DNA of 64,000 nucleotides from Candidatus Omnitrophota bacterium (GCA_013203315.1 JABMQJ010000020.1:6774-70773), one strand, 5' to 3'. Counted from the first letter of the stretch, positions 1 to 9,225 are shown. Notes: generated from the letters alone by a model not told the origin. Made by a program: numbers and translations.

Positions 1-1677
1 TTCCTGCGTAAGGCCGAACGGCAGTTCGTATTCAAGATTAAGGCCGAGGTTGTGTTTTAGGTATTCCAAGACATACTTTGAGGTAATCCCTTTTTTGTCT
101 AACCCTTCCAGATAAGCGTATCGCAGCGCTATTTTTTTAAGAGGGGTTTTTAAAAGTTTTTGGAAATCAAACGCGAGCGATCCCTCTAAACCCCATATGT
201 CAAATTCGCCTATGTTTTCCGACTGCCATACGCTTGATGACGGACTTTCTTTTGTCCAGTCTATGATGTTTTCTGTGTTGCGCAAGAAAGCTGTGCCTTT
301 TACGTTTATGCCATAAGTGGCATAATCCAAGCCGGCTTCGTAGCTCCAGGCTGTCTCTGGTTTTAGTTCGGAATTGCCTCTATTCGCCGGACTGGAGTAA
401 TAAAGTTCCGTAAATGTAGGGGCCCTGAAAGACCTGGCAATGCCGGCTCTTACTGAAAGCTCGTGGTTTCCGTAATCCTCTCCAAGGAAAGCCGGAAAAA
501 CTTCGTATGCGATATTCGCGGACGGAGAATAATAAGATCCGAATGTAGAGTAACAATCTGTCCGGAAGGACCCGTTTAAAATTAAATTCAAAATTCTACC
601 TTCATACTCCAGAAACGCGCTATTCTTTAGACGGGAATGCCCGCCCAGGCTTGTGCTGGAAACTTCTTCTTTGCCGAGAAGCCCACCGAGAACTAAATTT
701 CCAAAACTCGTCCTGATTTCTGAATTAACTTCGCCGCCGTATAAATACGTGGTATGGTCGCTTCTTGAAAAACTCGGCCTGTTCCGGTCGAGTATGAATT
801 TATCCTGCAGCCTTTTAAAGTAAAAACTCGGCGCAACGGATATATTGCCTTTCTCCATTCTGCCCTTGGCGATAAAGAGCCCTGTGTTTATGCTTTCTTC
901 CTCATCCGGGTATCTGCTTGAATAAAAACTACCGGCGCCGAATTTCTTTGTGAGATATCCCATGAAAACATCAAGCTCCGCGTCGTCGGCCTCCACCCTG
1001 CTGAATGAAGAGGCTGTTAGGGTGTCAAATTCGGTTTCCGGGGCAAACCCCGTGCTTCTTTTCCATTCTACGGAAGCCCTGCTTTTTAACGGCCCGAGCG
1101 GAACGTTTAAAGATGCGAGTCCCGAATAAAAATCCCACCATCCCGTGCTTGATGAGGCAAAAAAACCTATTTTATCCCCTGGTTTTCTGGGAACGAAGTT
1201 AATGGCACCTCCCAATGCGCCGGAGCCATAGGCGCTTGAGGCCGGGCCATGGGTTATATCTATTCGCTTTACGTCATATAACGTAAAAGGTAGGTCCATG
1301 TTATGGTGGCCGCTTTTTGGGTCATTTAAACTAATCCCTTCAAACAAAACAAGGTTTTCCTCAAAAGGCGCGCCCCTTAAGCTTATATCGGCTTGCACGC
1401 CGTAAGGCCCCCTCGTCCTGACGTCCGTTAAGCTGAATTCCTTCAAGATTGACGGAATGGAAAAATGTGATACCGTTTCATCCTTTTCGAGAACAATGGT
1501 ATCCTGGCTTCGTATGGGCAGCCTCTGATCCCCTGAATGGATTCTACTTGAGGTAACTATGACAGGTTCGAGTTTAACGCTTGACCCTTGCGCGCTTTCT
1601 TCACCGGAAGCAGACGAAGATGGTACAATAAATAGAACTAATAGAATGTAAACCAAAATTTTTCTTTGGGTTAACAA
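1..1677 (-). CDS. TonB-dependent outer-membrane receptor (partial; C-terminus lies beyond window start)
   Basis: Open minus-strand frame running off the window edge. N-terminal signal peptide, then a TonB-box-like 'EPVIVTSSR' and plug-domain motifs ('LRGAPFEENLVLFEGISLNDPKSGHHN', 'GPASSAYGSGALGGAINFVPR'). The start (TTG 1677 or GTG 1704) is uncertain. Confidence 0.6.
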   Translation of the reverse strand, partial: MLTQRKILVYILLVLFIVPSSSASGEESAQGSSVKLEPVIVTSSRIHSGDQRLPIRSQDTIVLEKDETVSHFSIPSILKEFSLTDVRTRGPYGVQADISLRGAPFEENLVLFEGISLNDPKSGHHNMDLPFTLYDVKRIDITHGPASSAYGSGALGGAINFVPRKPGDKIGFFASSSTGWWDFYSGLASLNVPLGPLKSRASVEWKRSTGFAPETEFDTLTASSFSRVEADDAELDVFMGYLTKKFGAGSFYSSRYPDEEESINTGLFIAKGRMEKGNISVAPSFYFKRLQDKFILDRNRPSFSRSDHTTYLYGGEVNSEIRTSFGNLVLGGLLGKEEVSSTSLGGHSRLKNSAFLEYEGRILNLILNGSFRTDCYSTFGSYYSPSANIAYEVFPAFLGEDYGNHELSVRAGIARSFRAPTFTELYYSSPANRGNSELKPETAWSYEAGLDYATYGINVKGTAFLRNTENIIDWTKESPSSSVWQSENIGEFDIWGLEGSLAFDFQKLLKTPLKKIALRYAYLEGLDKKGITSKYVLEYLKHNLGLNLEYELPFGLTQE

Positions 1678-1693
1678 ATAGAATAAAAAAAAT

Positions 1694-2557
1694 TTATCTT
1701 TCACTTTTTAAAAGCTCCTTTAGTTTTTTCGTAATAGGCCCAGGCTTTCCGTTTCCTATCGTCCGTCCATTAATTTCTACCACCGGCATTATCCCTACGG
1801 TTGAGTTAGTAAGAAATACTTCGTCGGCTTTAAGTAATGCCTGTTTTTTAACGAAAATTTCCTTAACTTTCTTTTTTAAAAATCTTTTCGAGAGGCGTAT
1901 AACTTCGGCCCTGATTATACCAGGAAGGCATCCCGATTTCAAGCAGGGTGTAATTATTCTTTTTTCTTTTATTAAAAAAATATTTGAGCTTGACGCTTCA
2001 CTCACAAAGCCGTTTATGTTTAGAAGTATCACTTCATCAAGATTTTTTCTTTTTGCATCATAGCGATGCATTATATATTGCAGATAATTCAGCGTTTTGT
2101 GCCCGCTCGTCGGGGATTTTTCGTTGTAGACGCTCTTTGAGACGCCTAGCCTCATTCCCTTTTCATAAACACTTCGCGGGATTTGTTTTTGCGGTAAGGC
2201 GTAAATCGCAATCGTGGCCCGGACGCTACCGGAAGGCATTAAAAGCCCGCGCGAGGTTCCTCTTGTTACTATTATTTTTATATACGCGTCTTTTTCGTGA
2301 GTTACAGACAGCTTATTTTTATTCAGTAGTTCATATACTATTTTTTTTATTTTTGGGGGCGTGACTTTTAAATTGATGCGAAAGGTTTTCAGTGACTTAA
2401 AGAGTCTCGCTACATGTTTTTCCAAGCCGAATACGACTCCGTTATGAGCGCGCATTGTTTCAAAAACACCGTCTCCGTAAAGAAAGCCTCTGTCTAAGAC
2501 TGAAACCTTCGCCTTATCAAGCGGAACAAATTTACCGTTAATGTACGCTATCAGCAT
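1694..2557 (-). CDS. pabC: class IV (fold-type IV) PLP aminotransferase, probably aminodeoxychorismate lyase
   Basis: 287 aa. Class-IV aminotransferase motifs ('DRGFLYGDGVFET', 'NIFLIK..RIITP'). It is immediately downstream of a chorismate-utilising enzyme gene, an arrangement typical of pabB-pabC. Confidence 0.5.
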   Translation of the reverse strand: MLIAYINGKFVPLDKAKVSVLDRGFLYGDGVFETMRAHNGVVFGLEKHVARLFKSLKTFRINLKVTPPKIKKIVYELLNKNKLSVTHEKDAYIKIIVTRGTSRGLLMPSGSVRATIAIYALPQKQIPRSVYEKGMRLGVSKSVYNEKSPTSGHKTLNYLQYIMHRYDAKRKNLDEVILLNINGFVSEASSSNIFLIKEKRIITPCLKSGCLPGIIRAEVIRLSKRFLKKKVKEIFVKKQALLKADEVFLTNSTVGIMPVVEINGRTIGNGKPGPITKKLKELLKSER

Positions 2558-4004
2558 AAACTAAACTCCGTCTGGCACCGAGTTTTACCGCGTCAATTAA
2601 AGCCTTTGCCTTATCAAGCGTTTCCTGGTATTCTTTTTCCGGTAGAGAATCGTAAACTATGCCTCCGCCTACCTGGAAGAAAGCTTTTTTTCCTTTTATT
2701 ACAAAGGTTCGTATCGCGATGGAGGTATCCATATTACCGTCAAACCCTATGTAGCCTATTGAGCCGGTGTAAATTGCCCGCTTGACAGGCTCAAGCTCCT
2801 CGATAATCTCCATCGACCTTATCTTGGGCGCGCCGGTAATAGAGCCTCCGGGGAAACAGTTAATAATACAATCTATAGCGTCAACCTTGTCCCGAAGCAC
2901 GCCTTCGACAGTCGAGACAAGATGGAAAACCGTTGAATACTTTTCACAGGCCATAAATTCTGTTACACGCACGGAACCGTATTCGCAAATGCGGCCAAGG
3001 TCGTTGCGCTCAAGGTCTATAATCATAAGGTTCTCAGCCCTGTCTTTTGCGCTTGCGGTGAGTTCTTTTTTTAATATTGCATCAAGCGCGGGCGTTTTTC
3101 CGCGGGGCCTGGTCCCTTTTATGGGCCGGGTCTGAATATGGCGGCCTTTTTTTCTTAAGAATCTCTCGGGTGAAGCACTCACTATTTTTACATCACCAAA
3201 ATTAAGAAATGAAGAAAAGGGGGCCGGGTTAATTGTCCTTAAAATCTTGTAAAGATCGAATGGGTCAATATTTAAATCCACGGTGAACCGTTGCGATAGG
3301 TTGACCTGGTAGATATCGCCTGCTTTTATATACTCCCTTGCTTTTTCAACGGCTTTTTTATATGCGCTTTTTGTAAAATTCGATTGCGGCTCATTGTCGG
3401 AAGCAGCGTTTCTTGTATTATGAAAGAAAGAATTTTCGCGTTTATTTTTTGCATCATAAATTTTTCTTTTTACATCTTCCAGGCGCGCAATTTTTCTGGC
3501 GTTTCTTTTTTTAAGGGATTTTTCGGGGTGGCCGGAAGATATTATAAAGGCTTCTCGTTTCAGGTGATCGAAAGCAAAAATTGCGTCGTAAAAGCATACG
3601 ATGGAATCGGGTATATCAATATCGTCTCTGGCGCGGTCCGGAAGGCGTTCTGTAAAATCTTTTAAATCGTAGGAAAAATATCCCACTCCCCCTCCGATAA
3701 AAGGAACCGGAAAATCTTTCGGTGTATCTACTTTAAATTGCTTGAATAACTTTTTTAACACGAAAAAGGGATTCGCTTTAAACGCTTCCTTTTTCCCTGC
3801 CTGGTTTAAGGTGATATGATTTTTTTTTGACGTAAAAATAAGAAACGGTTCTACGCCAAGAAAGGAAAACCGGCCCAATTTCCCCGACGGCAGGGAGCTA
3901 TCAAGAAAAAAACTATTCGGCATATTTTTGAGGTGGCCATAGATAGCTTCGCAGGATAGGTTATCCAGTTTTATTTTCTCGACTATCGGTAGGTCGGAAT
4001 GCAT
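2538..4004 (-). CDS. pabB: aminodeoxychorismate/anthranilate synthase component I (chorismate-binding enzyme)
   Basis: 488 aa. C-terminal chorismate-binding signature 'CFPGGSITGAPKIRSMEIIEELEPVKRAIYTGSIGYIGFDGNMDTSIAIRT'. The adjacent class-IV aminotransferase favours pabB over trpE. Confidence 0.55.
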   Translation of the reverse strand: MHSDLPIVEKIKLDNLSCEAIYGHLKNMPNSFFLDSSLPSGKLGRFSFLGVEPFLIFTSKKNHITLNQAGKKEAFKANPFFVLKKLFKQFKVDTPKDFPVPFIGGGVGYFSYDLKDFTERLPDRARDDIDIPDSIVCFYDAIFAFDHLKREAFIISSGHPEKSLKKRNARKIARLEDVKRKIYDAKNKRENSFFHNTRNAASDNEPQSNFTKSAYKKAVEKAREYIKAGDIYQVNLSQRFTVDLNIDPFDLYKILRTINPAPFSSFLNFGDVKIVSASPERFLRKKGRHIQTRPIKGTRPRGKTPALDAILKKELTASAKDRAENLMIIDLERNDLGRICEYGSVRVTEFMACEKYSTVFHLVSTVEGVLRDKVDAIDCIINCFPGGSITGAPKIRSMEIIEELEPVKRAIYTGSIGYIGFDGNMDTSIAIRTFVIKGKKAFFQVGGGIVYDSLPEKEYQETLDKAKALIDAVKLGARRSLVYADSVH

Positions 4005-4013
4005 ACGCGTGTT

Positions 4014-4421
4014 TTAGAATTTTACTTTCATGGCGCGCGGCGGACATCCCGGAACGCATAACTCACAGGCATTACATTTTTCCGCATCAAAGATTACCAG
4101 CATGGTTTGTTTCTCCATGTAAAGCGCGCCTGTAGGGCATATAGTGATGCATGCGCCGCAGTGGGTGCAGCGCTCTTCGTCCCTCATTATATCCTGGCTC
4201 AATAGTTGTATTGTTATGCCAAGGTCCTTTAAATATTTCATTGCTCCGGCGTAATTATCTTCTTCGCCTTTTAATTCGATTACAAGTTCGCCTTCTTCTT
4301 TTGGTGTTACCCTTGCTCGTAAAATGTTAAAAACGAGATCGAATTCTTTAACTAGTTTATAAATAATGGGTTGATCCACTAATTTTGTGGGGAATTTTAT
4401 TACAATTCTTTTTGAAATCAT
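4014..4421 (-). CDS. NIL-domain / 4Fe-4S ferredoxin fusion protein
   Basis: 135 aa. N-terminal NIL-like domain, then two ferredoxin-type cysteine clusters ('CTHCGACITICP', 'CNACELCVPGCP'). Confidence 0.6.
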   Translation of the reverse strand: MISKRIVIKFPTKLVDQPIIYKLVKEFDLVFNILRARVTPKEEGELVIELKGEEDNYAGAMKYLKDLGITIQLLSQDIMRDEERCTHCGACITICPTGALYMEKQTMLVIFDAEKCNACELCVPGCPPRAMKVKF

Positions 4422-5144
4422 TTAAGCACCTCGCATAAGTTCAATATTGCCGATAGAGCCTACTTTGTCTTTATATATTACCATAGCTCCTATAATGCCT
4501 TCAACACTTTTTGCAAAATCTAAGGCTTCCTCTATTTCGCGCTCGGTTTTGACCTTATTGCAGCAAGCCGTGGCGCATGCATCCGCAAGGCTTGCCTCTT
4601 TCGCCATAACACATACGGCATCCGCGTTTCCGAAACTTAGTGAATGCCCGACCGTGCCGCTTGAAGTACAAATTCCTACGGGTGTCACCTCGGGGTTCAC
4701 CTTAATGGCTATCCTACCACTTAGAGGGGAATTACCTGCGTATATACCGATTTTCCTTTCTGTGTTAGTTTTTATAAATATGTCGCCCCCATTTTCAAGA
4801 ATGACCTGGCCTGTAAATTGGAGAAGCCCCTTTCCAACAAACTCAGCTATAGCGCCCGCAACTGCTGCCATGGGACCTACGCCCGCAAGGGTTGAGGCCT
4901 TTAACATGGCCCTTATTATGTCAGGGGCTTTATCATCGGCAGGCAGGGGAGTTAGGCTTTTCTCGAATTCAGGCTTTGTCTTTATATAGCTTATAATATC
5001 ATTCCTATACCGGCGGACAAGCTCCCGGGATTCGTTTTTAAGATCTTTTTCGGCGGATACAAAAATATCTGTTTGGCAGTCTCTTGTGGTAAAACCAACT
5101 AGGTCGGATTTTACCCATTCTCTATAAAATCGGGGCTGTTTCAT
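4422..5144 (-). CDS. UPF0280/COG2122 (ApbE-like superfamily) protein
   Basis: 240 aa. Gly/Ala-rich core ('LAGVGPMAAVAGAIAEF', 'GICTSSGTVGHSLSFGNADAVCV') typical of the UPF0280 family. It directly abuts the NIL-ferredoxin gene. Confidence 0.45.
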   Translation of the reverse strand: MKQPRFYREWVKSDLVGFTTRDCQTDIFVSAEKDLKNESRELVRRYRNDIISYIKTKPEFEKSLTPLPADDKAPDIIRAMLKASTLAGVGPMAAVAGAIAEFVGKGLLQFTGQVILENGGDIFIKTNTERKIGIYAGNSPLSGRIAIKVNPEVTPVGICTSSGTVGHSLSFGNADAVCVMAKEASLADACATACCNKVKTEREIEEALDFAKSVEGIIGAMVIYKDKVGSIGNIELMRGA

Positions 5145-5167
5145 GTTGTGATAGGGGGATTATTTTG

Positions 5168-5737
5168 TTAAAATATAAAAGCCGCTACAGCCAGAACAGT
5201 AGTATAGTCTCCGCCGGAACCGACAACCGCGGATTGGGTGATATTGGTGGTGCGGACTATCTTGTCGCTTATTTTGAATTCCTCTTTTTTTTCGGACCAC
5301 GGTTTGTCTTCGCCAAAGTCCATGCCCAGAGTCGAGGCAAGCATTGAAACGGCAAGTTCTTCCGCAAAATCGCCGGCTACTTTTTCCGTTTCACCGAAAG
5401 CGTGGTGTTCGCTAAGATATCCGTAGGCATTTGGATCGGCCGGTTTAGCGCATCCGATAGAGGATGCTATCAAGCGGTGCGGTTCGTTGCTCGAAGAACG
5501 CGCCATCACGACAAACGTGAGCATGCCCGCTACAAGTTCTTTTATGCCTTCGTTTTTTGATACTATTTTGCATTCGGGCGGTAAAATACTTGATACCGAA
5601 ACAAGGTTACACTTCTCTATACCGGCGTCTCGGAGGGACAGCTCAAAACTTCTAAGTTCCGTACTGTGCGTGCCAACGCCCTTGGTAAGAAACATTTTTT
5701 TAGGTACTAAAAGTCTTTTCCTCGAAGCCAGTATCAT
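5168..5737 (-). CDS. pdaD: pyruvoyl-dependent arginine decarboxylase
   Basis: About 175-189 aa. 'LRDAGIEKCNLVSVSSILPPECKIV' matches the PdaD self-cleavage region ('NAGIGNVNLIRISS|IMPPEAEIV') with the Ser-Ser pro-enzyme cleavage site. The start could instead be the internal Met at 5695. Confidence 0.75.
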   Translation of the reverse strand: MILASRKRLLVPKKMFLTKGVGTHSTELRSFELSLRDAGIEKCNLVSVSSILPPECKIVSKNEGIKELVAGMLTFVVMARSSSNEPHRLIASSIGCAKPADPNAYGYLSEHHAFGETEKVAGDFAEELAVSMLASTLGMDFGEDKPWSEKKEEFKISDKIVRTTNITQSAVVGSGGDYTTVLAVAAFIF

Positions 5738-5754
5738 TCGTCACATCCTTTTTA

Positions 5755-6642
5755 TTATTTCTTACTGTTAAATATATACCCCAAAAGCCTGTAGATAATT
5801 TTCGCGGCCAAAAAGTCAGGCGCGATAAACCCTTCTTTAGGAGATAATTCAACTACGTCAAATCCTATTATTTTTTTGTCCTTTGTAACTATTTTCAAGA
5901 AATCCATGAATTCATACCAGCCAAATCCGCCCGGTTCGGGTGTGCCTACAGAGGGCATGATAGCCGGATCAAGAACGTCAAGGTCAATCGTTATATATAC
6001 GTTGTCTTTTAAGGCGCCGGAGGCTTCCTTTTTCCAGTCGGGGCTGTCCAGGATATCGTAAACGCTTATAACCTTTACATCGGAAGGTGACGTATCCAGG
6101 AAATCCTTTTCTTCCTTGCTTAAGTTTCGTACGCCTACCTCAACTATAGGGCATATCTTCACGAGCCTTCTTGCAACGCAGGCATGGTTATATTTAGAAC
6201 CGTTGTATTCGTCTCTTAAGTCATAATGCGCGTCCAGATGCAGTACTGAAATTTCGTTAAACGCTTCTTTTGCGGCTTTAACAGCTCCTACCGTTATGGA
6301 ATGTTCGCCGCCCAAAAGCACCGGAAATTTACCCGCATCAAAAACCTCTTTGACAGCATCCTTTACGTTGGCTATAGCTTTTTCCGGTGTCGTCGGAGCA
6401 TTGAATTCCAAGGGTGGGGCTGTATAAATTCCTATTTTATAGGTTTCGGCTTGGAGTTCATCGTCAAAAAGCTCCATGTTGGTGGACGCCTCTATAATCG
6501 CTTCGGGCCCCTTTCGGGCACCTTTGATATACGTAAGCGTCTCGTCATATGGGGCTTGGATAATGCACACCTTTGATTTTTTCAGGCCCGCACACTCTTC
6601 GCTTATGTCCCCGAATCTTTTCTGTAAAATTATTTCTTCCAT
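5755..6642 (-). CDS. speB: agmatinase (arginase/ureohydrolase family)
   Basis: Mn-binding ureohydrolase motifs 'LGGEHSITVG', 'HLDAHYDLRDEY', 'ITIDLDVLDPA'. Paired with pdaD, giving an arginine to agmatine to putrescine route. Confidence 0.7.
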   Translation of the reverse strand: MEEIILQKRFGDISEECAGLKKSKVCIIQAPYDETLTYIKGARKGPEAIIEASTNMELFDDELQAETYKIGIYTAPPLEFNAPTTPEKAIANVKDAVKEVFDAGKFPVLLGGEHSITVGAVKAAKEAFNEISVLHLDAHYDLRDEYNGSKYNHACVARRLVKICPIVEVGVRNLSKEEKDFLDTSPSDVKVISVYDILDSPDWKKEASGALKDNVYITIDLDVLDPAIMPSVGTPEPGGFGWYEFMDFLKIVTKDKKIIGFDVVELSPKEGFIAPDFLAAKIIYRLLGYIFNSKK

Positions 6643-6650
6643 TTTTTAAA

Positions 6651-7496
6651 TTAAACCTTCATCTCGCTTAATCTGCGAACACGTTCTGCTATCGGCGGAT
6701 GCGTAGAGAAAAGATTTGTAATAAAACTGCTGCGAAAAGGATTTACTATGAAAAGATGCGCCGTCTCGGGCGAAGCCTCTTTCATAGGGCGGATCCTTGC
6801 AGCTTCCTTAAGCCTTTTTAAGGCACTAGCAAGCCCGCGCGGATCCTTCGCGAAATAAGCGCCCTGCCTGTCCGCTGCGTATTCACGCGAACGTGAAATC
6901 GCAAGCTGAACAATAATAGCTGCCAGCGGCGCAATTATTGAGACAGCTAAAAGTGCTACAATGTTCCCGGAGCCTCTTTTCTGTCTTGAATAACCGCCAA
7001 GTATGGCGGCCCATCTTGCCATATATGCAAGCATCATGATAGCGCCTGCCATTGAGGCTGTAACTGTCATGATAAGCGTATCTCTGTTTTTAACGTGGGC
7101 TAATTCGTGAGCCAAAACGCCTCTTAATTCGTTCTCGTCCAATAGCTCAAGTAGCCCCTTTGTCACGCAAACAACTGCCTTTTCGGGATTTCTTCCCGTT
7201 GCGAAAGCATTCGGAGATTTGTTCTCAACCATGTATATCTTTGGCATGGGAAGGCGAGCTGAATGCGTAAGCTCTTTTACCAAGTTATAAAGGTGATAAA
7301 ACTGCCTTTCCGGCACCTCTTTTGCCTTATATATAGCAAGGACGATCTTATCGCTATACCAGTAGCTAACGCCGTTAAGTATCAGGGCAAAGACTAACGC
7401 GATCATAGCCCCGCGTGGGCCGCCAAAAAAAGACCCAAACCAGACCAGAATCAAGGTCAATGCAAGTAATAAAAGCCCTGTTTTTACGTAATTCAT
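6651..7496 (-). CDS. htpX: M48 zinc metalloprotease HtpX
   Basis: 281 aa, four predicted TM segments, 'HELAHV' HEXXH motif and downstream Glu. Typical HtpX architecture. Confidence 0.75.
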   Translation of the reverse strand: MNYVKTGLLLLALTLILVWFGSFFGGPRGAMIALVFALILNGVSYWYSDKIVLAIYKAKEVPERQFYHLYNLVKELTHSARLPMPKIYMVENKSPNAFATGRNPEKAVVCVTKGLLELLDENELRGVLAHELAHVKNRDTLIMTVTASMAGAIMMLAYMARWAAILGGYSRQKRGSGNIVALLAVSIIAPLAAIIVQLAISRSREYAADRQGAYFAKDPRGLASALKRLKEAARIRPMKEASPETAHLFIVNPFRSSFITNLFSTHPPIAERVRRLSEMKV

Positions 7497-7657
7497 GTTC
7501 TTAATACCTTATATTTTCCGGGCTTGGGAGGGCCCGGAAAAACTATAATACCACAAAAATCGTCCAAGTCAACAGTAAAGAGCGTTATGCCACTTACCGT
7601 CAAGACAGGGAGTGGCAGTATTCGGCGAAACGCAATCATGTTAATTTTTTGCTATGC

Positions 7658-7686
7658 TTGACCTCTGCAGTATATATATGTATAAT
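7658..7686 (+). promoter_or_regulatory. sigma70-like promoter (TTGACC - 17 nt - TATAAT) for the 7762 gene
   Basis: Near-consensus -35 and -10 hexamers with a 17-nt spacer, about 75 nt upstream of the ATG at 7762. Confidence 0.4.
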
Positions 7687-7761
7687 AATATCCATTAAAA
7701 ATGGTTACTTTTTGGCCATACATAGTTGTTTTTTTAACTCTATATAAAGGTATTTAACCCA

Positions 7762-8655
7762 ATGAAAAAAACTCTTTTAATTTTCCTATTTCTTGCTATT
7801 GCTTTATACTCTTTTCCACAAAACGCATTCGGAGGAGCGTGGACCCTTCCTCAATACAAAGTCTGGGGCGAATATTCCTTTAAGTGGCAATGGGCAAAAG
7901 AAGATTTTGGTGACGACTACAAAAAAAAGAAAAAAGGTCAAGACGCCCGTTCCTGGGATTTCATAATGGAGCCCAAGGTTGAAATAGGCATAACGGACTC
8001 ATTCAATCTTTTGTGTTCAATGGAATATAAAGAAAGTAAATATAAAGAGTATGGCCGTCCGGATGACTGGGGGCCGTATAGAAGAAAAAATAACGGCGTA
8101 AGTTACGTAAAGGTCGGGGGCAAATTACGGTTCATTGAAGAGCCATGCGTAATAAGCGGTCAAATAAAAGGCTATTTTTATACCGGTTACGGCAACGATC
8201 ACGGTGATGATCCTGCATATAAAAACCAGCCTGCCATAGGAGACGGCGATGACGCGCTGGAATTACGTGGCTTGATCGGAAAGAGATTTAAGCTTAATAC
8301 GCCCCTTGAAGACTGGACATTGCCATGCTATGCCGGTCTGGAGGCAGGATACAGGTGGCGAAATGCAGCCGTAGCTAATGATATACCTATATTCGTTGAA
8401 ACCGGCTTTTGGCCGTTTAAATGGCTTCTTATAAAAACAGAGCTTGATACAATCATAGCCCACCGTGACACGGGTAGCATAGATAAAGACTATGCAGTAT
8501 GGCGCATAGGCCCCGTATTCCAGATTGCCGGGGATAGCGCCTTAAGAGAGGGTAAGCGAATACTGAATATCGAGCTTCAATACGGCCTAACCGTATGGGG
8601 AAGAGAGACTTCCGCCTATCAGGAACTTACCCTAAAAATACAGGGTGCGTTTTAG
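7762..8655 (+). CDS. hypothetical outer-membrane beta-barrel protein
   Basis: Signal peptide. Rich in aromatic/Gly alternation and ends in '...LKIQGAF' (C-terminal Phe, an OMP signature). No recognisable family. Confidence 0.4.
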   Translation: MKKTLLIFLFLAIALYSFPQNAFGGAWTLPQYKVWGEYSFKWQWAKEDFGDDYKKKKKGQDARSWDFIMEPKVEIGITDSFNLLCSMEYKESKYKEYGRPDDWGPYRRKNNGVSYVKVGGKLRFIEEPCVISGQIKGYFYTGYGNDHGDDPAYKNQPAIGDGDDALELRGLIGKRFKLNTPLEDWTLPCYAGLEAGYRWRNAAVANDIPIFVETGFWPFKWLLIKTELDTIIAHRDTGSIDKDYAVWRIGPVFQIAGDSALREGKRILNIELQYGLTVWGRETSAYQELTLKIQGAF

Positions 8656-8692
8656 ATAATTAGTTAGAAATGAAAAAGTGGGTTCCTATCTA

Positions 8693-8721
8693 TTGACTTA
8701 ACGCCGTAAATGTTCTATACT
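8693..8721 (+). promoter_or_regulatory. sigma70-like promoter (TTGACT - 17 nt - TATACT) driving the riboswitch leader
   Basis: Near-consensus hexamers with a 17-nt spacer, about 45 nt upstream of the first GEMM aptamer. Confidence 0.45.
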
Positions 8722-8769
8722 AGATAATGGAAAAAGGGTAAATTGAGTACTTTGACAATTTGGTAGTTT

Positions 8770-8872
8770 TTCCGACAAAGGCAAACCATTCCCGAAAGGG
8801 TGGGACGCAAAGTCACGGGTCTTCACAGACCACGTTAAAAGCGTGGCGCTGAAAGGCAGCCGGACCGCCGAA
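8770..8872 (+). promoter_or_regulatory. c-di-GMP-I (GEMM-I) riboswitch aptamer #1
   Basis: 'GGCAAACCAUUCCCGAAAGGGUGGGACGCAAAGUCACGGGUCU...ACAGACC...GGCAGCCGGACCGCC' aligns with the Vibrio cholerae Vc2 GEMM-I aptamer ('GGCAAACCAUUCGAAAGAGUGGGACGCAAAGCCUCCGGCCU...'). The GAAA tetraloop and 'ACGCAAAG' core are conserved. Confidence 0.7.
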
Positions 8873-8887
8873 GAAATAAGCGTATTA

Positions 8888-8915
8888 GCCAGGGTTGCCT
8901 GGCTATTTTTATTTC
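8888..8915 (+). terminator. hairpin + U-tract (gccagg-gttg-cctggc tattttt), possible expression-platform terminator
   Basis: 6-bp GC-rich stem followed by a T-rich run, directly after the aptamer. Confidence 0.3.
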
Positions 8916-8916
8916 T

Positions 8917-8946
8917 ACCCCGCTCTCTCGAGAGCGGGGTTTTTGT
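8917..8946 (+). terminator. intrinsic terminator / riboswitch expression platform
   Basis: Palindrome 'ccccgctctc..gagagcgggg' (about 9-10 bp stem) followed by 'ttttt', 7 nt before the GTG/ATG of the downstream gene. Confidence 0.55.
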
Positions 8947-8952
8947 TAGGCG

Positions 8953-9213
8953 GTGATTAAAATGAAGATAAGTGACAAAAAATTTCACAGGGTAATCGCG
9001 GTAATGGATAGAGAGGATATAGATTACCTGGATAAGATTGGCAAGGATTCGCTCTTTACTACAGGCGTTAAGCTTTCCAGGATCAAGATTCTTCGCGCCA
9101 TGGTTGAAGCCATGAAGGAACTTGGCGTAAACGGAAAGTACGTTAAAACCGAAGAAAAGCTAAAAGACGAGATCCTGAAAAAGCGTGCTCATTATAAAGA
9201 AGGTACGATATAG
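8953..9213 (+). CDS. small riboswitch-controlled protein, possible ribbon-helix-helix DNA-binding protein
   Basis: 86 aa (or 83 aa from ATG 8962). Predicted beta-strand 'RVIAVMDRE' followed by two helices. Directly downstream of GEMM-I aptamer #1. Confidence 0.45.
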   Translation: MIKMKISDKKFHRVIAVMDREDIDYLDKIGKDSLFTTGVKLSRIKILRAMVEAMKELGVNGKYVKTEEKLKDEILKKRAHYKEGTI

Positions 9214-9225
9214 GGGTATTTTGTC

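Noticed and set aside
1984-2364. Numerous 60-200-aa ORFs in the six-frame track lying antisense to, or out of frame within, long confidently assigned genes (e.g. 1984-2364, 4447-4989, 12306-12848, 22613-23194, 51350-51871, 62985-63809)
   Set aside because: Shadow ORFs. They overlap genes with clear family signatures, have low-complexity Ser/Leu/Phe-rich translations and lack RBSs.
7520-7543. GC-rich hairpin 'ccgggcttgggagggcccgg' near the htpX start
   Set aside because: Not followed by a U-tract on either strand and located in the 5' leader of htpX. It is more likely a leader structure than a terminator, and there is insufficient evidence to annotate it.
8698-8988. 96-aa minus-strand ORF overlapping the first riboswitch and its terminators
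   Set aside because: It lies antisense to a well-conserved GEMM-I aptamer and terminator palindromes, has no RBS or recognisable fold, and its composition is dictated by the structured RNA on the other strand.
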